From Octopus sinensis (Eukaryota): 14,290 nucleotides of DNA. The notes beneath the pieces are model-generated. The model did no database searches. It was given only the letters and a program-made list of their open reading frames with translations, and was not told the DNA's origin. Of the stretch, positions 1-9,669 are shown piece by piece. The translations under genes and the position numbers were made by a program. The DNA lies in contig NW_021825857.1 of assembly GCF_006345805.1 (NCBI RefSeq), forward strand, positions 1-14,290, read 5' to 3'. How positions within the stretch are numbered: the first letter of the stretch is position 1; each line of letters opens with the position of its first letter.

Positions 1-1
1 A

Positions 2-24
2 TACACACACACACACACACACAA
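2..24. repeat. (CA)n microsatellite
   Basis: Seen directly. Confidence 0.95.
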
Positions 25-101
25 CATACATAATTAAGATGACTGCATAGGCTTCAAACATACAGGATAAAAACCACTGCTTTAACATATATATCTATAT
101 A

Positions 102-1300
102 TCAGGTCATCACATAAGTAATGTCCAGATTTTAGATAAGGAAAACAAGTGATCAAATCTTACAGTTTAATGAATATAGTTTCTATGACATCTTTCCATC
201 TACTAGTAAGCTTTTTAATCCCATTAGTGAAAAACTCTTTTAGTTTCAAAGAGAAGAACTCTGAAAGGTCAGTTTTGACTTCTTCAGTTGCTTCTAGAGT
301 TAATTCATCCAAATGATTCTGTAAACTACAGAGCAAGGTCTGGGGAATAAGGCGGATGAGCAATTTTCTCTCAGCCAAGTTCCTTAATCTTCTGTGATGT
401 GATCTTTGCAGTGTAGGGTCTTGCATTGTTCTGATGAAACACCACTGCATTTTAATTCACTGAAGCAGGCCTTTTTTTCTTCAAAGCAAAGTTCAAATGC
501 TCTAATTGCTGACAGAAGAGTTGAGCATTGATTGTTGCATTAGTTGGTAGCAACTTAAAGTGGATGACTTCTTTGCAATTCCACCAAACAGAGAGAAGAA
601 CCTTCTTTGCACGGAGTTCCCTTTTTGGTTGTGGTTGGGGCTTTTCCCCTTCACCATGCTAATGTCTATGATGCTTAACATTTTGATAAAAGACCCAATT
701 TTTATCACCAGTCACCAGTTTGTCCAAAAAGGGCGAGATGAGTTCATGAGAATGAAGTGAAGGGCAGATGTACACTTAGGATTTGTGGTTGGCTTCAGAT
801 AAATCACGAGGCACCCATTTTCCAAGTTTTGGGACCTTTCCAAGCTGTTGAAAATGGTGGTGAACAGTTGTATGGCTTGAATGAAGCTTGCTTGCCAATT
901 TTTCAACTGAAACTGCATGATCTTTTTCAAGTTCTGCCAAAAAGGTGTTTGTTATCAAACTCAATTGGCCTCATCCTCAAGACTGACATCTGCACTTTTG
1001 AGTTTTACAAACCATTTTCTCCATAAGCTGAGTGAATATTTCAAGTTACTTCAGCTGCAGAGTTCCCTTTTTTAAACTCATAAAGCATTATGTGCATCAG
1101 ATGCTCCTCAGACACTTCTGTGTTTAAAGAGCTATAATTAGTGAAATTTAAATTAGATTATCCTGCAAAATGAAATTTAATTATTTTAAATCTGTCCAAA
1201 TACATATAAATATTACTCAATGCCATTAGACATTCTAAAATACTGTTAAAGAGCATAAAAACTGAAAATATAGAAGTCCAAACATTATGTGTGTACCCAT
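102..1300 (-). mobile_element. Degenerate mariner (DD34D-type) DNA transposon
   Basis: Reconstructed minus-strand transposase 1121->160: EVSEEHLMHIMLYEFKKGNSAAE..., WVPRDLSE, LVTGDKNWVFY, KKVLLSVWWN, FHQNNARP, HPPYSPDLA, ...NGIKKLTSRWKDVIE, with several stops, frameshifts and deletions. TA plus TIR tcaggtcatcacataagtaatgtccagatttt at 100-133. The opposite TIR is only weakly recognisable near 1275-1300, so the right boundary is approximate. Confidence 0.92.
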
Positions 1301-1500
1301 ATATTCATCTACATTTTGATGTATGTGGAGTGTGTAAAGTGTTATACTTAAAAAATATGTGAGGATGCATTTACATACAAATGTAAGCATACATATATGA
1401 TGTATCCCCAAATGTACATGTATGTTTACACTTGCATTTGAATGCTAGAGAATATATGTATATATTTGCAGTGTGTATGTATGTATATATATATATATTT

Positions 1501-2432
1501 GGTAGATAAAGCAATTAAGGGTATGAAGACAGTGAAAGCCCCTGGTCCATCAGGAATCACCGCAGAGATATCTGGAGGTGTCGGCTATAGTCTAGTCATC
1601 CGTATAGTCAATCAGGTGATATATGAAGGAGTCATACCCAAAGACTGGTGTAGCAGCACTATAGTCAACTGCTACAAAGGTAAAGATGATGCATTAGATA
1701 TGAATAATTACAGAGGTATCAAGTTGTTGGATCAGGTAATGAAAGTCACGGAGAGGGTCATAGCCAGGGAGTTAGTCTAGACGAGATGCAGTTTGGGTTT
1801 GTGCCAGGGAAAAGCACCACTGATGCTATATTTCTGGTAAGACAGCTGCAGGAGAAATACCTAGTCAAAGATAAACCTCTGTACCTGGCTTTCGTTGAGA
1901 TTGAGAAAGCCTTTGGTAGGGTCCCCCGATCCTTTATCTGGTGGTCAATGCGGAAACTAGGGATAGATGAGTGATTAGTGAGAGCTGTACAGACCATGTA
2001 CAGGGATGCTGTCAGTAAGGTGAGGGTTGGCAACGAGTACAGTGAAGAATTCCAGGTAGGAATAGGGGTCCACCAAAGATCAGTCCTCAGCCTCACTCTT
2101 ATTCATCATAGTCCTCCAGGCAATAACAGAGGAATTCAAGACAGGATGCCTCTGGGAGCTTTTCTATGTTGATGACCTTGCTCTAATAGCTGAGTTACTA
2201 TCAGAACTAGAGAAGTTTCAGGTGTGGAAGCAAAGCCTAGAATCAAAGGGCCTTAGAGTCAATCTAGTAAAAACCAAGGTCTTAAAAAGTAGGAAGGCAA
2301 ACAAATCACAAATCCCTTCAGGTAGATGGCCCAGCTCAATCTGTAGAAAAGGTGTAGGTAGAAACTCCATAAGATGTACTCAGTATAAGCTATGGACACA
2401 TAAGAGGTGCAGCAATATCAAAGGAAGGCTAA
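1501..2432 (+). mobile_element. RTE-clade LINE fragment (reverse transcriptase plus downstream Cys/His region), truncated at both ends
   Basis: KAPGPSGITAE, NYRGIKLLDQVMKVTERV, QFGFVPGKSTTDAIF, AFVEIEKAFGRVPR, GVHQRSVLS, WELFYVDD (RT active-site motif at 2165-2176), LRVNLVKTKV, ICRKGVGRNSIRC...WTHKRCS. One stop and several frameshifts. Confidence 0.95.
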
Positions 2433-2998
2433 TATTGCACAAATATTAGGATGATAGTTTTACATATAATATGTTCTATTGTAAAATATACAGACGTTTT
2501 TATTTGCTGTAGTATAAATTAATGTAATATCCTTCCAAGTGTGCGTACATAAGTGTTCACACATGATTACTTTCACATATATTTTATACACACATAATAT
2601 ATCCATAAATGTAATTCTATATTCAATAATTATACAATTATTTTTAGAATAGAATCATTATTTAAAATTTTAAAATATGTAATATATTTTTAAAGTATTA
2701 TTAATGATGTTATAATTGTGAAAATGATTATTTAATTCATTAAACAATTTTATTATCGTAGTTGTTATTATTTACATTATTGATTTGAATATCTCTTATG
2801 TTACTTCATTTTTGTATTTAGTTGGCAAGATTCTTGATGTGAATTCATATATTGAAACAAATCTTGTTGTGTATTGGGAGGGTCACTACATCAATAATAA
2901 TAAACATATGCACTGGTTCAATATTACTTCTTTATTGTTAGTCAACTAACTAATAATTTGTTTAATGTGTTGGTTAAACAATCAATCAGTAGTTTGTT

Positions 2999-3041
2999 TG
3001 TCAAAGTCCTTTTGTCACTATTGGTGATCTCATCAATGACA
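2999..3041 (-). ncRNA. Degenerate (probably inactive) minimal type I hammerhead ribozyme
   Basis: Minus strand TGTCA-TTGATGA-G-A-TCAC-caata-GTGA-C-AAAA-GGAC-TT-TGACA. Stem I is TGTCA/TGACA and stem II is TCAC/GTGA closed by G-C. The core differs from CUGAUGA...GAAA...UH at two positions (C3->U, G12->A). Confidence 0.6.
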
Positions 3042-3089
3042 TGCCTCCTCTCTTCAAGGGTCTGTCTGTCTGAGAATTAGCCTTAGGCC

Positions 3090-3820
3090 TGTGTGTATGT
3101 GGATGTGTGGTTGTTTACAAGAGAAGGGAAGGCTGAGTGCAAAAGAGAAGAGAGAGAGTGTGTGTGTGTGTGCACGCATTGGCCATCCATAACCTCTTTA
3201 AGGCTTCAACCTTTCGCTTGAAGGTCAGTGTAGTCTCAGATCTGCTGGGATTTGCTTGTCATCCCATAAAGATTTATGGGTGTATATGTGGGGAGTGAGA
3301 GAGAAGGGGGTGGACAGCATAAGTGTGTGTGTGTGAGAGCATCTGCATGAGCATGCATGTAATGTATGTGTGGTTGAGTTGGTTCTGTGAGTGAGTGTAT
3401 ATATTCATATATGTGTGTGTTTGTTTATGTGAGTGCATTCCAGTATGTGCGTGTATGTTCCGGCATATGCGTGTAGATGTTTGTGTTCTTGTATGTGTTT
3501 ATGCATGTGTGTGCATGGGGATGAGTATGCTTGTGTATTGGAATTGTTCATAATGCCATATATTTTCTTGTATCCTACAGTCATACAAGCCCTACCCTAC
3601 ATGTACCTAGCTATACCTGCATGTGTGGATGTGTATGGTTGTGTATTGGATTTGCTTATAATTACACGTATTTATTACCTTGTATCCTACAAGGATAAAC
3701 ATATATAAACACACACAAGAATGTAAGAACAAACCACTACACACCCATCATTGCTCAGGCGCACATACACACACAGATACACGCATACAAGAATGAACAC
3801 AGAGACACATACACAATTGA
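3090..3820. repeat. Low-complexity TG-rich then CA-rich tract with an internal ~108-bp-period duplication
   Basis: TG-rich 3090-3530 and CA-rich 3700-3820. ttgtgtattgga...cttgtatcctaca occurs at 3531-3579 and 3639-3691. Confidence 0.75.
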
Positions 3821-4530
3821 ATCAACCTAAATTGACCACTATATAAAGTTAATTTGGGACCATGTAGTTTTTATATCCTTTTTTGAAACAAGTAGTAAAA
3901 TAAGTTAGTAGGTAAATTCTCCCTATATACATTCATATTATTTAAATTAATCTCAATAATAGTAGTGTTAAGAACAGCAATAGTAATAGCAATGAGGGTA
4001 ATATCAACAACACTAATAATTATCCATGATTTGGGTGTAGAATGGGGCCAAATGTTTTGTTGTGAAAAGCAAAGGGTAATTTAGATCCTCCAAAGAAGCA
4101 GTGAAGCAGAGAAATTGTCAGTCTTCATCACTATATTAAATTATCTCAAAATTCTTAATTTCCTTCATTATATTTTGCTTTTCTTCCTTACAATCTGACC
4201 ATGAATTTTTATTTGTCTGTTTCTTTATGTCTCTATTTTGTATTTTCCTTATAATTGTGTTTGTCTGTCACTATATCTATGGGTTTAGTTTTGTCTATAA
4301 ATTACTGAAAATAAAACACTGCTTTAGGTATTCATTCTAACACTGAATGAAATGACAGTATGATCTAATGAAGGACTTATTTAAAATAATCACTAGAAGA
4401 AACACATTTTACACCTTTGATGGATGATTGATATTACACAATATGTTAATTATATAATATCATCAATGTAATGCAAGTGTAAAAATGTGGTGAAACAATT
4501 GTAGTGATTTTAGATAAAAAACAAACAAAC

Positions 4531-4570
4531 ATCTATCTATCTATCTATCTCTCTCTCTCTATATATATAT
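4531..4570. repeat. Compound (ATCT)n(CT)n(AT)n microsatellite
   Basis: Seen directly. Confidence 0.95.
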
Positions 4571-4808
4571 TAGTTAATAAGATATTATCAATCTGGGCAA
4601 AATACTTAATCTCTTTGCAAATACAGATATATGAAGCTAAAAAAAAGTTCTTTGATTGATATAGAACTCCAGGTAATCCTAATACTCAAATGTTGAAAGA
4701 AGTAAAGCCGCTGAAAGAATAAAAGTCTTATATTAGCATTAATGTGATAATAGCATTAATACTTGCTAATTTCTTATTAGAAAAGAAAAAAAACCAAAAC
4801 AAACAAAC

Positions 4809-4889
4809 CTGAAAAGCTAAGCCTATGTGTCGGCCATAAAGGTAGGCAGTATTCACAATGTCATCGCAACAATTTCCAAAAATAGCCAC
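4809..4889 (-). CDS. PDSS1: Internal coding exon of PDSS1 (81 nt, phase 0 to phase 0), ending just before the second aspartate-rich motif
   Basis: ggtcgttatag|GTG GCT ATT TTT GGA AAT...GGC TTA GCT TTT CAG|gtttgt = VAIFGNCCDDIVNTAYLYGRHIGLAFQ. It contains the family motif YGxxxGxAFQ and continues in frame from SCKA. The following LIDDxLD exon was not found and is presumably beyond position 1. Confidence 0.93.
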
Positions 4890-5194
4890 CTATAACGACC
4901 AAAGCATTACAATTCAGCATGAATATTTCTCTAATATTAATTTTTTGGGGGGGGGTCAAACATAAGATACATTTTTGCAACCAATATATGATATCTATTA
5001 TATCTCCAGGCATGAATGGAAGCATTGACCGTAACACAAATTAAAATAGAAATTTTAAAGGACTAAGTAAATAGTTAAAAAGAAAGTATGTGTTTGAACA
5101 TTTTGAAATAATATAAAACACTCAAGGGAAAAATTGCAAATACAAGCAAAAGTGATATGCAATAATTACAGAGTATTAACTCAGTAATTATTGT

Positions 5195-5429
5195 TCTCTC
5201 CACTGAACTGCAATTGTGCTGTGGTACTACTATTAATGTAACCTTCAATCTGACTTTGGTATTTGGAGAACGTTGCTGCTTTCATATGTGTTTCTTGCTG
5301 TGATCTTACAAAGTTGAAGATCAAACTGTCAGTTAAATTTGTTGACATTAATTCCATTACAGATCCCTTACATTTTGTGGAAGATATTGAAAAGCTGTGG
5401 TCTTTGAACATTATTGAGCAAGTTTTTAA
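5195..5429 (-). mobile_element. CR1-like LINE remnant, 3' part of ORF2
   Basis: Frameshift-corrected translation gives F-K-(G)-PQLFNI(L)PQNVRDL...QFDLQLCKI...QQETHMKAATF, resembling the C-terminus of CR1-type ORF2 as I recall it. Heavily decayed. Confidence 0.55.
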
Positions 5430-5433
5430 TATA

Positions 5434-6938
5434 AATATTTGTCAATAACGAACTTTTTTTGAGAAAAAATTTATGAATTTAAGTTTTTTTCATGTATTTA
5501 TTTACCTTAATCATGATTTATGATGCTCATTTCTTCTTTGCAGGTGTCAAATTCGTAAGTCTTTTTTTAGTCTCTTTTTACTGTTAAGTAGACTTGATAT
5601 TTTTTTCTGTTGAAAATATGTGCTTTAAACTTACAGAGCAAACCTTTGAACTGAGAATTTTAAGTTCATTGATTAATTCTAAGTACTTTTTAAAATCAGC
5701 TTTATCAACTTGTTCTTCGTCAGTTGTCTCCACTTTCATATCATTATTTAGAGATTTTGGAATTTACCATTTGACTTGTAAAATTGTTTGTTTCATCTGG
5801 ATTATTGTAACATTGTTTCTCTAGTTTCATAATTGTTTTAGTGCAGTAAAAGTAACAGTATCATATTTTAATTCCTTGAGTTCCTTAAGTGCGTACTGCA
5901 GCTCATATTCCCCATTTTCTAAACTCAATTTAACTGATGTTTTTTCAAGTGTATCTTCACACATTGAATTCTGCATTTGTAGACCTGAATTTTTCCAGTA
6001 ATTTACAATTGTCTTTTTTACAACCAAATCCAATGCTTGGACTGACCAAAAAATACCATCCAATAATGATGATCCTTTTGAATTGACACTTTCAAATCTT
6101 TCGTTATTGTAGTTGCACTTGAAAAACCAAATTACTCCTTGGTCTAAAGGTTGTAAATTTGCAGTTGTGTTCAGGGGTAGAAAAAAAGTTCTATATTTGA
6201 AAAGCTTTATTGTTTGTGGCATGCTGTATTATCAAGGAGCAATAATACTTTTCTCAGTTGTTTAAAAAATTCGTAATTGATTTCTTTTAGGTAAAATGAA
6301 AATATGTTTACTGTCATCAATGCCATATTGTTGTTTTTATAATAAAATTCCTGTTCCGAAATGTCAATATTCTTGAAACAGTTGCACTACATGTCAATAA
6401 TATTGTAATTCTCTCTTTTGATTCCTTTAATTTTGTATTATCATCATTAGGAAAAACATAACTCTTAGTCAGCAATTTTTTGGAAAACAATGCAGTTTCA
6501 TCAGTGTTAAAAATATTTTCTGCATGATATTCAAGAAGCTTGTCTTTAAATTTATATAGATTTTGGAAAACTAATAATAATGCTGTAAAAATAAGAACAA
6601 AGATATGAAGAATAGCCATCTTGGCAGCCTTAACAATGCAGATGGGTAAATCTTCAAGTAACAAAATCTGGTGGTATTGAGAGAAGGAGATGTAAGAGGA
6701 AGTGTAGAAATGCAGAAAGAGATGTAGAAGGTGTAAAAGAATGCAGGAAAAGTGTAAAATCTCGTCTCACTTCTCTTAGATTTTTAATCCAAAGTGCTTC
6801 CTTGATCCTTAAAGTCTATTAGTGTTATAGTTTCTGTAGTTGATGAAAAAAAAATATTTAATGAAAATCTGCCAATAACGAAGTTTTCTTTGGAGTTCAT
6901 TATACAGAGGGAAAATTCATTATTGACAGGTTAGACTA
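5434..6938 (-). mobile_element. Degenerate pogo/Tigger DNA transposon (DDE_1 transposase remnant), N-terminal HTH region missing
   Basis: ENIFNTDETALF, SKERITILLTCSAT, KVLLLLDN, FLPLNTTANLQPLDQGVI and a C-terminal K..KIHKFF-like motif. Right TIR ttcattattgacaggttagacta plus TA at 6916-6940, an inverted subterminal copy ctgccaataacgaa near 6870-6883, and a left TIR remnant tgtcaataacgaa at 5440-5452. Confidence 0.9.
6555..6850 (-). mobile_element. Possible Penelope-like element fragment (GIY-YIG C-terminus plus pyrimidine-rich tail) nested in the Tigger
   Basis: RIKEALWIK at 6809-6783 resembles the RxxKEAxxI helix at the end of Penelope GIY-YIG endonucleases. It is followed by a pyrimidine-rich low-complexity tract. 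No Tigger homology is seen across this interval. Confidence 0.4.
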
Positions 6939-6940
6939 TA

Positions 6941-7110
6941 TATAGTTTTAACATGGATCAGAATTTTTGGGTATTATAAATTTCAAGTGATAGTCTGTTC
7001 CAGATCTTCCAGGTATAATTAACTGCAAATTGTTGCTGTTTATACACCAAGGAGTATCTTTCTCAGAGGTTCAGTTTTTGTTGACCATAGCTGGAGACTA
7101 AGGATATTTT
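6941..7110 (-). mobile_element. Upstream part of the same CR1-like LINE remnant
   Basis: Minus frame SYGQQKLNL*ERYSLVYKQQQFAVNYTWKI resembles the CR1/L2 post-RT motif SYWxRLxxLxLYSLERRRERYAVIYxWKI. Colinear with 5195-5429 across the Tigger element. Confidence 0.5.
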
Positions 7111-7181
7111 TTTACAGGCCTCTGAAAATTCCCTCTCTCAATTACAGCACACTTCCGCTTTCTCCTCTGCCACAGCCAACC

Positions 7182-7628
7182 TCATCATCATCATCATCAT
7201 TTAATGCTCATTTTCCATGCTGGCATGGGTTAGATTGCTTGACAGGAGGTGGCAAGGCCAGTGGCTTCACCAGAGTCCATATTCTGTTTTGGTTTGGTTT
7301 CTACAGCTGGATGCCATTTCTAACACTAACCACTTTACAGTGTACTGGGTGCCATTTATGTGGTACTGCCACCAGTACTTTTTACGTGACATCATAACCA
7401 GTGCTTTTTACATGGCACCAGCACCAGTGCTTTTTCAGTAACAATGCTGTTTACATGGTACCTTGATTTTAGGATATCAATTCTGTTGTGGTGGATGGGT
7501 CTTCTTGAGCACAGCAATAGGTCACATATCTCAGTCTTCTGTCATCTTCATAAGGCTCAGTGTTTTGAGATCTGCCTCTAATACTTTGTACCATTTCTTT
7601 CTGGGTCTCCCTCTTCCACAACTTTCCT
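7182..7628 (-). mobile_element. 5'-truncated RTE LINE 3' end (ORF C-terminus, 3' UTR, (GAT)n tail)
   Basis: Minus frame SCGRGRPRKKWYKVLEADLKTLSL...KKTHPPQQN* carries the RTE GRPR/W motif. The 3' UTR has short internal repeats (ccagtgcttttt) and a (cat)6 tail at 7183-7200. Confidence 0.85.
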
Positions 7629-8244
7629 ATGAAATTATATATCATAAGTTTTAGTTTACACACAATTTCTACTTTTCTCTGTGTATCACGTAATGAATTA
7701 GAGAACTGATTCTAGAGTGTTTCATCAGCAATTTTATATATGATATTGAGATATTTCTTTAAGTTGCTAACATCAGAAGTTGAATAGTTTGTTAACTAGA
7801 CTAGCAAGTGAAAGTTTCCCTCCTGATAACTGTGGGTATGTGTGAGAGATCTATTAGAAACAGTAATGACATAAGACCATTCCTTAAAGCACTCCATACT
7901 GAATTGTTGACTTTTTTGAAAGATTACTGTTAGCAGCAACAATGTGACTTCAGTCTCTTAAAAGTTACACAACACCATCCCAGTTTTCTAGCAATGCAGA
8001 GGACATGTAACTTATGGCATATTATCTGTTGAAAAGCTTGGCAAAGTACAAGGATACTACTTTTGGCTGATTACTTGAGTAGCTTCTACAACATCTAGTT
8101 GAAAATCAGTTTCTCTTTGATAACTTCTTCATGACCTTCATTTATGTACACACAAGAACAATCACCTGGTTTCTAAATTCAAGGTCAGTTTATTGTAGGA
8201 TTTTATATCATCTTTAGCATCAATATAATTGATGTCTGCCACTG

Positions 8245-8366
8245 CATCATCATCATCGTCATTTAACGTCCGATTTCCATGTTGGCATGGATTGAATGAG
8301 GAATAGCAAGCCAGAAGGTTGCACCAGGCTCCAATCTGATCTGGCAAGGTTTCTACAGATGGATGC
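8245..8366 (-). mobile_element. Short RTE-type 3' tail fragment
   Basis: catcatcatcatcgtcatttaacgtccgatttccatgttggcatgg...ggtttctacagatggatgc aligns by eye with 7183-7315 and 9670-9768. Confidence 0.8.
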
Positions 8367-9110
8367 GAATTTACCGCCTCTGGTTAGATATCTTTCATAG
8401 ACACTTTTTGATGATGCTTTCCTCCAGGTGTTCAAATCTTTTTTTTCTCTACATTGTATACTTTATAGACAATAGTCTTTTCTTTAATTTAATTTTTTAT
8501 TTCGTTTGGTGGTGTTGTCCTAGATTCACCGTATTTGTCGGTGATCAATCCAAAATAGGTTTGTATTTCTTCCATTTTAATTTTAATGAGTTTGTGCCCA
8601 CTGACAGCTGCAGCGAAATTCATTTTTGGACTTTCTTCTATCGAAGGCATTCTAACAAAAATGCTTCTGTATAAATGGTGAAAATATTGTCAGTTTCCCC
8701 AAACAGGGACACAATTCAATTTTTAAACAATAACCAAAGCTCCTTCTCCTAAAGGGGGAGGATTACAGTTTACAATTATTTAACAAATGCAACACAACAA
8801 TGTTTCCCTTACGAGGAACCAACAAACGTAATAATAATTAAACAGTAATAATAATAACAACAAACCTTACGGTGAATCAAAAAGCAGTATGCAGTTGAAG
8901 CTATAGTCCTTTATGTATAAGAAATAAACCAACAGCAGTAATCAGTAGAAGTGGCTGTTCGAGAAAACAGACATTACATACAGCCAAACTTCATATAGAT
9001 ACTTAATGCTAGCTAATTAGCAGATAATCTAATGTAAAAGCTGTGGTAAACGGTATGTGCACGGCTCCATCTGGGCTATTCCATTTCTGCACGCTAATTT
9101 TATTTTTAAT
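8367..9110 (-). mobile_element. Putative 5' UTR plus decayed ORF1-like region of a non-LTR retrotransposon
   Basis: ATG at 8650 opens MPSIEESPKMNFAAAVSGHKLIKIKMEEIQTYFGLITDKYGESRTTPPNEIKN*IKEKTIVYKVYNVEKK, then (frameshifts) FEHLEESIIKKCL / YLTRGGKFA. The xFAAAV motif is typical of LINE ORF1 N-termini. The family is not identified and the upstream boundary is a guess. Confidence 0.35.
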
Positions 9111-9269
9111 CTATTCCCATTCATGTGAAACCACTTATTCAAGTTCAAGTCATTGATGCAATTTTATACCAATTGCTATTTTTACTTTTGTTATGTTACG
9201 ATTATATTATACTTTAGTTTGATTTTAATTATTACTTATTACATATAATTCAATTCTTGTTATTATCTC

Positions 9270-9539
9270 TAATTTTTATTGTTAAAGTGAAAGTATCTGA
9301 CATAAAATAGAGAAATGTTTTTGTTTCACTTTTAATACGCAATACAGAAATAATGGAGAAGATATGATATTGCTATGGGCTCGCCCTAGGCAAGACGTTG
9401 AACATTTTTTTTGTCCGTAAAATTACATGGACCCTAAGTAAGGCATGTGTAAAATTTGAATGAAATTGGTTGTATAGTTCTCAAGTTTTAGGGAAACAGA
9501 CAGACAGACACATATTCTCAGTTTTATATATATAGAAGA
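9270..9539 (-). mobile_element. Non-autonomous Helitron-like element, 5' part (3' hairpin/CTAG end missing)
   Basis: Minus strand starts A|TCTTCTATATATATAAAACTGAGAATATGTG(TCTG)3TTTCCCTAAAACTTGAGAACTATACAACCAATTTCATTCAAATTTTACAC. This is the 5' TC terminus, ATATATAAAA, (TCTG)n microsatellite and CCAATTTCATTCAAATTTT block typical of Lep1/DINE-like non-autonomous Helitrons. Confidence 0.75.
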
Positions 9540-9669
9540 TAGATTGTTAATGTGTCTCACAATGAGTTTTAGTGTGACAACCAAATAAAGAGACATCCTC
9601 ATGAGTGTACATGGCAACTCTAGCATAAATTTTTTCTTCTCTATAAATTCTGAAGATGATGATGATGAT

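Noticed and set aside
2822-2949. Plus-strand AG followed by about 40 open codons (GKILDVNSYIETNLVVYWEGH...)
   Set aside because: No recognisable domain, no donor site, antisense to the host gene, and probably repeat-derived.
3433-3708. 91-aa track ORF rich in C/V/Y/M
   Set aside because: It is the translation of TG-rich low-complexity sequence.
4450-4470. Minus-strand ATT GAT GAT (IDD), a candidate for the next PDSS1 exon (LIDDxLD)
   Set aside because: An in-frame stop follows after two codons, and there is no acceptor or LDF motif.
5531-5560. Apparent 11-nt micro-exon on the plus strand (tttcttctttgcag|GTGTCAAATTC|gtaagt)
   Set aside because: It is antisense to PDSS1 and lies within the Tigger C-terminal coding remnant. 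No partner plus-strand exons were found, so it is likely chance.
6600-6670. Possible second hammerhead after the GIY-YIG-like segment (TTGAAGA on the minus strand)
   Set aside because: No stem II closed by GAAA and no stem I could be built. The same applies to the CTGATGA matches near 431, 7724 and 14189.
9010-9035. gctagctaattagc near the Helitron as its missing 3' CTAG end
   Set aside because: There is no GC-rich hairpin at the right spacing and CTAG is not followed by T on the minus strand.
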